Assembly (NCBI GenBank): GCA_040217665.1
Contig: JBEHWP010000001.1
Span: forward strand, 1 to 57,025
DNA length: 57,025 nucleotides
DNA from: Vulcanimicrobiota bacterium
GTDB taxonomy: Bacteria > Vulcanimicrobiota > SpSt-956 > JAKJGF01
Direction: 5' to 3'
The notes beneath the pieces are model-generated. The model saw only the letters and a list, made by a program, of their open reading frames with translations. It was not told the origin of the DNA and ran no database searches. Positions 9,578-18,562 of this stretch are shown here, in pieces (position 1 is the stretch's first letter; each line of letters opens with the position of its first letter). The position numbers were made by a program, and so were the translations under genes.

Positions 9578-11209
9578 TCATATTTCTACAAATTGATTGT
9601 ACACACGTTTCATTATAAAAGGCAGTAATACTAGAGAATCAGTTTTTTCTTTATAAACTCTCAGTATTACCTGTTTCTCGAATTTTTTCAGTTCTTCTTT
9701 CTTTTCCTCAAGCTTTATAGCACACCGGCTTTTTTTATCTTTAATAATATTATTGACTGCTTCGGCAGACGTGTTGAGTTCAATAGAAACAGAAATCATT
9801 CCGTCCATATCTTCCCCGGCCTCTTCTGTACCATCGTTTATCATCAGAACAGGTATATTTAACTCTCTTGCCACAGTTCTCAATTTTATTACAGTTTCCA
9901 CCATGTTATCAGGGAAAATTAAAAAAGGATCTTCCACTATCATTACTATATGAGGGGTATTGAATTTATAACTGAGCTGTTTTGCTGTACTCTCTATAAA
10001 ATCTATATCAATCTTACTTCTTACATTCAGCACTTTTATCCATTGTGCATAGGATTGATATATACTTACCGCTCCGTGAAGTTGTTCCATAAAATCATCT
10101 GCTCTGGGTTCACTCTTCCATTTCTTTGATTCCAGTAAAGCTTCGTTCAATTCCCCCGTTCTGGAAAGAGATTTCAGTATAAGCTCTTCCCTGTCAAATC
10201 GTCTGCTTATATAAAAAATCACTATAGGAAGCTGTCTTGTTGAATTATAAGAAGCAATTTGATCTGCAATCTGGAGAGCAAGGATTGTTCTTTCTACGGA
10301 ATTCCCGCCTTTTATCTCAGTCAGTTTACTGTTTTGTAATCCTCCGTCCAGAAAAAGGTCGAGTGATTTAAACCCTGTAGGTACAGGAGAAAAGGTATCT
10401 GATGTCAGCCATATTAGCATATTATCCAGAACACTGTCATTCATTTCCTGATTATCTACTGTATGATGGACACTTTCTTCTACCGGTATTATTTCTTCTT
10501 TCTTTTCTAAAGGAATTTCAGATTTTTCCGGGCTTTTTTTTATTTCCCCTGTAGGTTTATCGGAGAAATAACTTATAATATCAGGTAAAATCATTGGATC
10601 ATTTATTTTTATTAATTCCAGTGTCATATCAATTGGTATAACTTTTTTACTATCATCCAGGAAAAGTGTATGACCATGTTTCATTCCTTTTCCCATAATA
10701 TCGGAATCTCCGAAAAAAGGAAGCCATGCAAATTCTCCGCATGCACCTTCGTCTGCCCTGCTCTTTTCTTCAGTAGGGTATATGTTTACGTATTCTTCAA
10801 GATTCAATTTATGAAGTAAAACATGGAAAGCTTCTCTGATAAGAGAAGCGGAAGCAGGGCTATCAAAAAATATCCACAAACGAAAACCTGTATCGGTACA
10901 CGATCTTTCTATATATGACCTTATACCGCACTCTGCAAGAGTGCGTTTGACTGAAAAGGTATCTTCCAGATTCTGTTTTTCGTTCTCTTTTTTCTCAAAT
11001 TCCATAAGAGCCCAACAACATGTACCATCTGGAAGAAAATTATAAAATCCTATTCTCTGATGACCTTTCAAATGACGAAGTAAATATCGCGGCATTTCCT
11101 GATTGGGATTTAAAATTTTAAAATGCATGGCCCTACCGCGGGCAACTCCGCCAATTCTATCAGTTCGTCCTTTGAATAATGTCAGTATATCATTTATGAG
11201 TTTATCCAT
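9578..11209 (-). CDS. Fusion of an archaeo-eukaryotic-primase (Prim-Pol)-like N-domain with a DnaB-C/RecA/KaiC-like C-domain; both catalytic signatures look degenerate
   Basis: 543-aa ORF with AAGGAG upstream of the ATG. N-terminal: LLRHLKGHQRIGFYNFLPDGTCCWALMEFEKKE...YIERSCTDTGFRLWIFFDSPASA...GEFAWLPFFG, which follows AEP motif order. C-terminal: SLDLFLDGGLQNSKLTEIKGGNSVERTILALQIADQIA...IVMIVEDPF, a RecA-fold layout in which the P-loop reads GGNSVERT instead of GxxxxGK[ST]. Confidence 0.55.
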   Translation of the reverse strand: MDKLINDILTLFKGRTDRIGGVARGRAMHFKILNPNQEMPRYLLRHLKGHQRIGFYNFLPDGTCCWALMEFEKKENEKQNLEDTFSVKRTLAECGIRSYIERSCTDTGFRLWIFFDSPASASLIREAFHVLLHKLNLEEYVNIYPTEEKSRADEGACGEFAWLPFFGDSDIMGKGMKHGHTLFLDDSKKVIPIDMTLELIKINDPMILPDIISYFSDKPTGEIKKSPEKSEIPLEKKEEIIPVEESVHHTVDNQEMNDSVLDNMLIWLTSDTFSPVPTGFKSLDLFLDGGLQNSKLTEIKGGNSVERTILALQIADQIASYNSTRQLPIVIFYISRRFDREELILKSLSRTGELNEALLESKKWKSEPRADDFMEQLHGAVSIYQSYAQWIKVLNVRSKIDIDFIESTAKQLSYKFNTPHIVMIVEDPFLIFPDNMVETVIKLRTVARELNIPVLMINDGTEEAGEDMDGMISVSIELNTSAEAVNNIIKDKKSRCAIKLEEKKEELKKFEKQVILRVYKEKTDSLVLLPFIMKRVYNQFVEI

Positions 11210-11338
11210 TCATTTAACTCCTTTACAAATATTTCGACTTTGTCATAAATATTATGTACACCTATCTGCCTTATTACCCGGTTCCTTTACACAAAAAGAG
11301 ATTGCAGACTCAAAAATTTTCTTTTCCTGAGCTTCTCT

Positions 11339-13615
11339 TTACCATGGTGCTGCAAAAATATCTGCCTCTTCATGCTGTGAAAGAGATATGGAAAGCTCTT
11401 TTAAATCAGAAGCCAGTTCTAAAACATTTGAATATCTGTCCATAGGTTCAGGTTCAAGACATTTCATTACTATTTCATCAAACCTTGCAGAAATCCTTTC
11501 GTCTATTCCTAAATCCTCTATTCTATAAGGGTTTTTCTGAGAAGGTACAAGCAATTCCTGTATATCGGCTTTACCTGTGGCTCTCCTCTGATGCATAAGC
11601 CCTACTATACCCGGATCGTCATGAATAAAAGGAGGCTGCAATGTCAATAATTCATATATAATACAACCTAGTGAATAGATATCAGCTCTGTGATCAATGG
11701 GAGGCAGTTTCCCGTCATAAGGGCTTGGATATTGTTCCGGTGCAGAATAATAGCTGGTGCCGACAAAACTTTTCGTCCTCTGATAATTTCTTCTGGAACT
11801 GGAAGACATAGAAGATACTCTGCATATACCGAAATCTGTCAATTTAACAGCCCAGTCATCAGTAATCAATATATTTTCAGGCTTTAAATCCCTGTGAACT
11901 ATCTGTTTTTCATTATTATGTACCCTCTCCAGAGCCTGACAGACCTGTGTAATAACAGAAAATATATCACCTATATTATTTACTGTCCCTTTCTGTATTT
12001 TATCTCTGAGGCTTTCTCCGTCAATATATTCCATAGCAAAAACAAATTTATCTTCTTCAAAACCACTGCCCAGTATTTCAACTATATTCGGATGAGGATA
12101 AGGTCTTGCAATAGCTTCAAGGGCACTTACTTCCTTATGGAAGAAACCGACTATCTGCTGACTGCGGCAGAGGCTGTCATGCATCTTCTTTATCGCAACC
12201 GGTCTTCCTGTACCTTTTTCTCTTCCTTTATAGACAACAGCCATTCCGCCTTCTCCTATTATATTTTCTTTCGATTCGTCAAGTTCAAAACGGGCCCAGA
12301 ATTCATTATAGGTACTTTTTATTATCTTCTTTATCGAGGCTCCTCCAAGTTTTACAAGGTTTCTCTGCCAGACAGACAAATCAGTATCACCTGTTTTTTT
12401 GAGTTTCTCCACCAGATTTTCTACTGATTGTATAAAATCTTTATTTATGCCTTTCCCGCCAAGATTTATTATTTTGCTAAAGGCATCTTTCGTTTCCTCT
12501 ATAAAACCTCTCTGAAGATATATATTACCGGCAGTAATCAGAGACTGACGACGTATTTCGTTCATGTCACTGTTGATTGTAATTTCGTCCCTTCCATCGA
12601 TACCCCATGATCTGAGAAAAGAAACTTTTTTATTTCTATCTCTTTCGTCTTCCCAGGAACTTATCATACATAAAATTTCCTTGAATTTACCAAGTGCTTT
12701 ATCAATGTCACCTTTTTGATACATAATCTTTCCAAGACAGAACTTTGCATAAATATTATTACATTTTATATCAATGTCCTCCATTATTTTCTGGGAAGCA
12801 TCTATATCTCCAAGTTCATATTTAAAGAAACCATACCTGCTTTTAAGAGCCATATTATCGGCACCTGTTGACAGACTGTGTTCAAGGAGAGAAACAGCTT
12901 TCTTGAAGAGTTTATTTTTTTCATAAAGTTTCAATAATTTTAATATATAAACTGTTTTCTCTGAAGGATCAGGAAAATTTAAATTACAGATTCTTTCAAG
13001 CATTTCAATTTCCACCATAGAGTCATGGTCGGAATTTTCCATGGCTTTCTCATATATTTTTACACTTCTGTCAAACATATTCTCATCTCTATAAAAGTCT
13101 CCTAATTTTCTGTAATAGGCCATATTACCGGAATCAATAGTTATAAGTTTAAGCATTGTACTGACAAAGCTTTTCTTTTTACCGAGCAATAACTGTATCT
13201 GGGCCAGATGATAAAGGCCTGAAGTATCTTCAGGATAATACCGAAGGGCTTTCAGGAAATGTTTCTCTGATTTTTCCAGAAGATTTTGCTCTCTGTATTT
13301 AAGGGCTATCTGTATATGACACTGCTTTAAACTGTAATCAATGGATATTCTTTCACTTTCTGCGAACTGATCTTTAATCTGTGCTATTTCCTCTTCCATT
13401 TCCTCCTGTATGCCAAGCACTTCATTGAATTTCTGTATTCTCTCCAGTTTTTCTGCCTCTTTAAGCTTTTCTTTTAATTTTTTAATTTTCTTATCTTCTA
13501 TAGATATTTTTCCTTTTTTAGCTTTATGAAGCAATATAGCCATAGTTATACCTATACTGCCTATTAATATATAAGAAAACATTATAATTTCACAGCCTTT
13601 CTTTGAAACAAACAA
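11339..13615 (-). CDS. Membrane-anchored TPR-repeat Ser/Thr protein kinase (Hanks type, kinase domain C-terminal)
   Basis: 758 aa. One N-terminal TM segment ([17 protein letters not shown]), a coiled coil and TPR-like repeats. The canonical kinase motifs are present: [32 protein letters not shown]. Confidence 0.85.
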   Translation of the reverse strand: MFVSKKGCEIIMFSYILIGSIGITMAILLHKAKKGKISIEDKKIKKLKEKLKEAEKLERIQKFNEVLGIQEEMEEEIAQIKDQFAESERISIDYSLKQCHIQIALKYREQNLLEKSEKHFLKALRYYPEDTSGLYHLAQIQLLLGKKKSFVSTMLKLITIDSGNMAYYRKLGDFYRDENMFDRSVKIYEKAMENSDHDSMVEIEMLERICNLNFPDPSEKTVYILKLLKLYEKNKLFKKAVSLLEHSLSTGADNMALKSRYGFFKYELGDIDASQKIMEDIDIKCNNIYAKFCLGKIMYQKGDIDKALGKFKEILCMISSWEDERDRNKKVSFLRSWGIDGRDEITINSDMNEIRRQSLITAGNIYLQRGFIEETKDAFSKIINLGGKGINKDFIQSVENLVEKLKKTGDTDLSVWQRNLVKLGGASIKKIIKSTYNEFWARFELDESKENIIGEGGMAVVYKGREKGTGRPVAIKKMHDSLCRSQQIVGFFHKEVSALEAIARPYPHPNIVEILGSGFEEDKFVFAMEYIDGESLRDKIQKGTVNNIGDIFSVITQVCQALERVHNNEKQIVHRDLKPENILITDDWAVKLTDFGICRVSSMSSSSRRNYQRTKSFVGTSYYSAPEQYPSPYDGKLPPIDHRADIYSLGCIIYELLTLQPPFIHDDPGIVGLMHQRRATGKADIQELLVPSQKNPYRIEDLGIDERISARFDEIVMKCLEPEPMDRYSNVLELASDLKELSISLSQHEEADIFAAPW

Positions 13616-13694
13616 CAGATATAATTCAAGAATATGCCATTAAAAATGAAAATTCCTGTACCTTTTATATGAGAATTGTGAAGAGTGAAGGGAT

Positions 13695-13749
13695 GATAAA
13701 TTATTTAGATAAACTGCCTCTACATAATGTTCATCTAAATCTTTATTTT
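13695..13749 (-). promoter_or_regulatory. Copy 1 of a ~55-nt upstream element (TTTAGATGA...GTTTATCTAAATAATTTAT), 79 nt 5' of the TPR-kinase ATG
   Basis: Plus strand: gataaattatttagataaactgcctctacataatgttcatctaaatctttatttt. It contains the inverted half-sites tttagat / atctaaa. About 85 percent identical to 15661-15715. Confidence 0.6.
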
Positions 13750-13857
13750 TGACTGGATTTTCGGGATTAAAGAATTACCGGGATTAAAGATTTCAAGTAA
13801 AGTAATTCTATTTATCATCCTGGTAATCACATAAGTCCTATAAATCCCGGTCAAAAG

Positions 13858-14052
13858 CTACTCTTTCCATGGCAATAGAATTGCTTCTGTAGGGCAAATT
13901 TTTGCACATTCTTCTTTCCTCTGACAGGCATCGGGTCTGACAACCTTTGCTTTTTCATCTTCTCCTATGGCTATTACATCATTGGGACATATAGCGACAC
14001 AGGCTTTACACCCTATACATAACTCACCATCAATCTCAGGAAATTCATTCAT
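13858..14052 (-). CDS. Small single-cluster [4Fe-4S] ferredoxin
   Basis: 64 aa with CIGCKACVAICP plus a distal C...CAKICP. The layout resembles Thermotoga/Pyrococcus-type mono-cluster ferredoxins. Confidence 0.75.
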   Translation of the reverse strand: MNEFPEIDGELCIGCKACVAICPNDVIAIGEDEKAKVVRPDACQRKEECAKICPTEAILLPWKE

Positions 14053-14135
14053 ATATATTCACCGGCCTTTTATTTAAATATATATCATATATCAGAATTA
14101 TAGGTTTTGACATAAATGCTCCGGAACCAGACATA

Positions 14136-15614
14136 TTATTTTGGTTCAAATTCTTCTTCTGTTATTAACCATTCTCCGTTTTCTCTGGTAAACTTTAATA
14201 TTTTATATCCGTTGCTGACAAATGCGCCATTAAAATACTGTTCAAACTTGACTTCCACTTCAGTATCACTTACAGAAGTAACAGTAAGATCACCTACTAT
14301 ATCTACCTGTGGTTTCCCGGCAAAGACTTTATCAGATACTTTCATATCCATCCAGTCTGTCAGATTTTTAGTTTTGGAATTGGTGAATTTCTCAGAATAA
14401 AAGTTTTTAAAGTTATCTAAATCTCCTTCCTTCCAGGCAGAAACCCAGGAGTTAACCTTTCCCTTTATTATTTCATCAGTATGTTCAGCCTGTACCGAAG
14501 GAGTTGCTGAAGGTTTATCCGGCGTTGGAGTTGCAGATGACACTGAAGGAGACGATACTGCCGTCCCACCTGAAGGGGTTTTTGCTTCTGCTACAGGAGC
14601 AGGTGTAGGTGCTATAAGCTGTGCCACCTGACGAAACGGAGTTTCACCTTCCTTAACATATACATTAGAAATCTTCCATTTATCATCTGTTTCATTTTTC
14701 CATGCTTCTATTTTCAGTGTTTCTTCTATAAAATCACAATCAAGGAATATTTCTTTTTTACCGGCTTCAACTTCTCTGGCTTCTACAGTAAAACTCCCCT
14801 GATCATGGCGGGCATTCTTTTTCAAATCATCCATTTTACTCTTCCCTATGCCGATTATTACCAGTAAGATTACTATTATAGTACTCAAAACAGTTATTAT
14901 AATTTTAGGATGATAGAAACTGAAATAAAAACCTTCATCTTCCTGTTCCTGTTTGTTTTCTTCATCCAGTTCTTCTTCTTTCACAGGTACTTTATTTTCT
15001 TTATCCTTTTTTCTTTCCCGGTTTTGCTCTACCATATCAACCAGTTTTTTCATTTTCGGTATATCATCATTGTTGTCACAGTAAATTACATATCCCTTGC
15101 TCGGATATGCTTTTTCTCCATCTTTGTCTGTTCCGAAAATAGCAAAATCCTTTGCAACTGATTCCACTATAAGTAATACATACCAGTCTGCATTAAAAAA
15201 ACTCACATGTGTGTCCTGATCGTCAGGAGAAAGTTCTACGCCCCACCCGGGATGTGAATGATACCAACCTACAATCCTGTCTTCAGGGAATTTCTCTTTT
15301 ACCTCTTCAGTCAACTTATCGAATTCTTCTTCGGAAAAGGTAAATTTTTTCTGCAGGCCCATTCTTGATACAGGAAGGATGGTTTTTATATCAAGATAGA
15401 GGAAATCATCATCTATTCTTTTATCAGAATATATATTCCCGATAAGGAGTCCACCCATTTCGTTAATTGTATCTTTCAATCCATGTTTCATAGCTTTTGC
15501 TATTGTCAGGTAATTTATAAAGATTTTATATTTCTCTTCTATAGCAGAACCTATAATTATACACCTGTTTTTAGGTGGAGTCGGTTTCTCATTTGTTGCA
15601 AGATTATCTTCCAT
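14136..15614 (-). CDS. JAMM/MPN+ metalloprotease domain, single TM helix, Pro/Thr/Ser linker and C-terminal NTF2-like (SnoaL-like) domain
   Basis: 492 aa with GGAGG upstream of the ATG. Complete JAMM signature: NEMGGLLIG (Glu) and GWYHSHPGWGVELSPDD (HxHx7Sx2D). TM segment: IIITVLSTIIVILLVIIGIG. The C-terminal VNSWVSAWKEGDLDNFKNFYSEKF...GYKILKFTRENGEWLITEE is NTF2-like by pattern. Confidence 0.7.
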   Translation of the reverse strand: MEDNLATNEKPTPPKNRCIIIGSAIEEKYKIFINYLTIAKAMKHGLKDTINEMGGLLIGNIYSDKRIDDDFLYLDIKTILPVSRMGLQKKFTFSEEEFDKLTEEVKEKFPEDRIVGWYHSHPGWGVELSPDDQDTHVSFFNADWYVLLIVESVAKDFAIFGTDKDGEKAYPSKGYVIYCDNNDDIPKMKKLVDMVEQNRERKKDKENKVPVKEEELDEENKQEQEDEGFYFSFYHPKIIITVLSTIIVILLVIIGIGKSKMDDLKKNARHDQGSFTVEAREVEAGKKEIFLDCDFIEETLKIEAWKNETDDKWKISNVYVKEGETPFRQVAQLIAPTPAPVAEAKTPSGGTAVSSPSVSSATPTPDKPSATPSVQAEHTDEIIKGKVNSWVSAWKEGDLDNFKNFYSEKFTNSKTKNLTDWMDMKVSDKVFAGKPQVDIVGDLTVTSVSDTEVEVKFEQYFNGAFVSNGYKILKFTRENGEWLITEEEFEPK

Positions 15615-15660
15615 TTAGTTACCTCCGCTGAGTACCGCAACAGATACGTCAGTGCCCGTT

Positions 15661-15715
15661 TATAAATTATTTAGATAAACTGCTTCTAATTAATTTTCAT
15701 CTAAAGCCTTATTTT
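15661..15715 (-). promoter_or_regulatory. Copy 2 of the same upstream element, 46 nt 5' of the JAMM gene ATG
   Basis: Plus strand: tataaattatttagataaactgcttctaattaattttcatctaaagccttatttt. A second shared module, ttaaaaatgaaaa(a/t)tcct(a/g)tacc, lies at 15721-15744 and 13638-13662. Confidence 0.6.
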
Positions 15716-16078
15716 ACGCTGTTAAAAATGAAAAATCCTATACCATTAAATTATTCAATCATTCAATCAGTAAACTCATTACTCACAGCTTATTCTTCGT
15801 TCGGACAATCTTTCATATTGATTGGTACCAAGGTTAAAATTATTCTCTTTAAACGAATCACGTTCCGGTAAAATATCAATATTAAGGAACGTTTAAGATT
15901 TTTTGGAATTTATGTTGAAATTATAAAGTATTTTCTTTAATAGGTCAATCAATTTTATGAACTCATTGACTGTATTTTTACAGTTAACGGGGAGAACTGT
16001 AAAATGCGGTAAATTAAATAGACATAAAAACAGTTTTTCTTTCACCGGGATTATAGATTTTTCGGAAGAGCCTGGCAG

Positions 16079-17035
16079 TTACCAGAATTTCCACCATGCT
16101 TTTTTCTCCTCTTTTCCCTTTTCCCATGTTTCAAGAAGTTGCTCTTTTTCTTCTTTCATCCTGGCCATAAACATGGCTTTCTGTTCTTCTAAAGCCTTTT
16201 CTTTTTCCTCAAGGAACCTGCCATACTGGGTCTGTATGATTTCTTCTTTTTCTCTTATTCTTTCCTGTAATTCTGTTTTGTCTCTGGAAAGGATCTTCAA
16301 ATTAGTGGCATTATCCATTAAAACTTTTTCTATTGAAGTGCCGGGTGAGTTTTTTAAATTATCCTGCAAAGTCCGGTTTTCTTCCTGTAATGTAATATTT
16401 GCTTTTTCCAGATTTTTTATTGCTTCTGAAAGAGGTGGCAGAGATTTTAAATCATCCTGAAGAATCTGATTTTCTTCTTTAAGCTTCAGGTTTTCTTCTC
16501 TGACAATATCAAGATCTTTCGCCGTTTCTAACAGAACAGGTAAAGACTTTAATTCTTTCTGAAATATTTGATTTTCTTCCTGCAGTTTCCGGTTTTCTTC
16601 AAGTAATGTTTCTAATTTTTCTTTTAAAAACTGGTTTTCATGTTCAACTCTTCCGAGCCTGTATAAAGATTGCTGTTCAACAGGCTTTACAAGCTCGGCC
16701 TGTTTGGTTGAAAAAAATTCCTCCATTACTTCTCTGATCTTTTCTGCTGTAAGCTGTTCTTCATCCTTTACAACATTCACTCTGTCAGTATTATCTTCTC
16801 TGATTTCATTATCTTTACTGACTTTATCAGTGCAAATAATATTAAAAATTCTTTCTATATCTGTTTTCTTAACTGTAAGATACTCTTTACCGTTAATCAC
16901 CTTTTTTTTACCTGAAATGGCTCCTCTTTCAATATATTTGTAAATAGTACTCTGACTCTTACCGGTAAGAATAGAAGCTTCCAGTATAGTTATGTTACTG
17001 CTGTTATTCATTATATTACTCCATAAAAATCTCAT
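16079..17035 (-). CDS. Excisionase/MerR-type HTH protein with a long coiled coil containing internal repeats
   Basis: The likely start is ATG 17011. HTH: ITILEASILTGKSQSTIYKYIERGAISGKK. This is followed by the repeated unit KL.EENQI.Q..LKSLP.L.E..K.L (see repeat 16328-16600). Confidence 0.6.
   Translation of the reverse strand: MRFLWSNIMNNSSNITILEASILTGKSQSTIYKYIERGAISGKKKVINGKEYLTVKKTDIERIFNIICTDKVSKDNEIREDNTDRVNVVKDEEQLTAEKIREVMEEFFSTKQAELVKPVEQQSLYRLGRVEHENQFLKEKLETLLEENRKLQEENQIFQKELKSLPVLLETAKDLDIVREENLKLKEENQILQDDLKSLPPLSEAIKNLEKANITLQEENRTLQDNLKNSPGTSIEKVLMDNATNLKILSRDKTELQERIREKEEIIQTQYGRFLEEKEKALEEQKAMFMARMKEEKEQLLETWEKGKEEKKAWWKFW
16328..16600 (-). repeat. In-frame tandem repeat of about 105 nt (2 full copies plus 1 partial) inside the coiled-coil gene
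   Basis: Protein-level copies are RKLQEENQIFQKELKSLPVLLETAKDLD, LKLKEENQILQDDLKSLPPLSEAIKNLE and ITLQEENRTLQDNLKNSPGTSIEKV. The nucleotide similarity is visible, e.g. ctgattttcttctttaagcttcaggttttcttc versus ttgattttcttcctgcagtttccggttttcttc. Confidence 0.7.
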
Positions 17036-17151
17036 ATTCCAGTTTATTAATACATTACTTTTATGAAGTTCTACAGCAATAATAATTTTTCCTGCATTAT
17101 CTGTTATCTTTGTCTCCTATCCAATAAATCTCAAAAAATAAGGCAAAAATT

Positions 17152-18549
17152 TTGCAAGATACAGACTCATATGATATAATATTTGTTCAGTTATATTCTC
17201 CCATTACGCCTGGCGAGAGAATAATCTATCCTGTATTATATAGAATATGTTCATTAATTTTAGGAGGAAAATTTATGAGAGCTATAAGCCGATACAGTGC
17301 CAGAATGACACCGGGCACTCTGTTAATTCTTATGTCATCATATCTGAAAGGAGATCTTCTGGAAGGGCCGGAGATACAGGAATTTGAAAAAGATTTCGCC
17401 ATGTATCAGGAAATTCCTTATGCTATATCAGCATCATATGGCCGTATGGCTTTTTATTATATTTTAAAAGCCATGGACATACCGGAAGGCAGTGAGGTTA
17501 TATTCCCTGCTCTTACCTTCTGGGTAGTGCCTGCTATGGCAAAGGCTGCAGGCCTGAAACCTGTATTTATAGATATAAAACCTGATACCTATAATATGGA
17601 CCCGGCAAAGATCGAAGCTGCTATAACAGATAAAACCAGAATCATAGTCCCGACTCATGTTTATGGCCATCCCTGCGAAATGGATGAAATCATGGAAATA
17701 GCAGACCGTCATGACCTGACTGTAATAGAAGACTGTGCTCATGCAATGGGTTCAACCTATAAAGGCAGAAAGGTAGGTACCTTTGGTAAAGCTTCTTTTA
17801 CAAGTTTTCAATCCTTAAAGAGCATAAATTGTTTTGGCGGGTCTATGGCAATGACTTCTGATCCGAATATTGCAACAAAGGTAAGGGAACAGTCCTATGG
17901 ACAGCCACTTCCACAGAAATTCCCTCTCTTTAAAAAAATCTTTATGGAATATATAGAAACAAAACTTCTCGGGCCAAAGGCTTTCTTCTTTTCAGGCTTT
18001 CCCATACTTTATCTCCATTCCCTTACAGGTGATTATAACAGAGTTACCATAAAAACATGGGAAAAAATCCGCCCTCTCTACCCGACTCCGAAAGGATACT
18101 GTAAAAAATTCACAAATATTCAGGCAAAATTCGGTATAAGAGGTCTTGAGATGCTCGATCATTATAATGATCTTGTCAGATCAAATGCCCATGAATATGA
18201 TAATGCTTTAAAAGATATTCCCTCTATTATGCTTCCCAGGATCATTCCCGGTGCAGTATCAAATTATTATCAGTACTGTATAAGGGTATCTGACGCTTAT
18301 ACCCTGAGCCAGAGAGCCATAAGAAGAGGTATTGATCTCTGTAACCTTCATATAGACGTATGTCCAACTCTTGAACTGTTCTCAGAAGAATATGCCCATT
18401 GTCCGAATGCTGAATCCATGAAGAATACTTTACAGTTACCTGCCTATTCAGACCTTAAAGAAAGAGATCTCAGATGGATTATAAGAGAAGTAAAACAGTT
18501 ATCGAGGGATCTACCTCCTCTGGATAAAAGCAGATACACTACAGAGTAA
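17152..18549 (+). CDS. DegT/DnrJ/EryC1/StrS-family PLP-dependent aminotransferase (sugar aminotransferase-like)
   Basis: The probable true start is ATG 17275, after the strong SD TAGGAGG. Family pattern: EFEKDFAMYQEIPYAISASYGRMAFYYILKA...PALTFWVVP...IVPTHVYGHPCEMDEIMEIA...VIEDCAHAMGS, with the Lys region FTSFQSLKSIN. Confidence 0.75.
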   Translation: MQDTDSYDIIFVQLYSPITPGERIIYPVLYRICSLILGGKFMRAISRYSARMTPGTLLILMSSYLKGDLLEGPEIQEFEKDFAMYQEIPYAISASYGRMAFYYILKAMDIPEGSEVIFPALTFWVVPAMAKAAGLKPVFIDIKPDTYNMDPAKIEAAITDKTRIIVPTHVYGHPCEMDEIMEIADRHDLTVIEDCAHAMGSTYKGRKVGTFGKASFTSFQSLKSINCFGGSMAMTSDPNIATKVREQSYGQPLPQKFPLFKKIFMEYIETKLLGPKAFFFSGFPILYLHSLTGDYNRVTIKTWEKIRPLYPTPKGYCKKFTNIQAKFGIRGLEMLDHYNDLVRSNAHEYDNALKDIPSIMLPRIIPGAVSNYYQYCIRVSDAYTLSQRAIRRGIDLCNLHIDVCPTLELFSEEYAHCPNAESMKNTLQLPAYSDLKERDLRWIIREVKQLSRDLPPLDKSRYTTE

Positions 18550-18562
18550 GGAGGAGCTGGAT

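Noticed and set aside
13858-14052. The 64-aa neighbour of the JAMM gene as a possible ubiquitin-like (beta-grasp) substrate.
   Set aside because: The sequence is an unambiguous Cys-cluster ferredoxin (CIGCKACVAICP ... CAKICP), and it does not end in a Gly-Gly tail.
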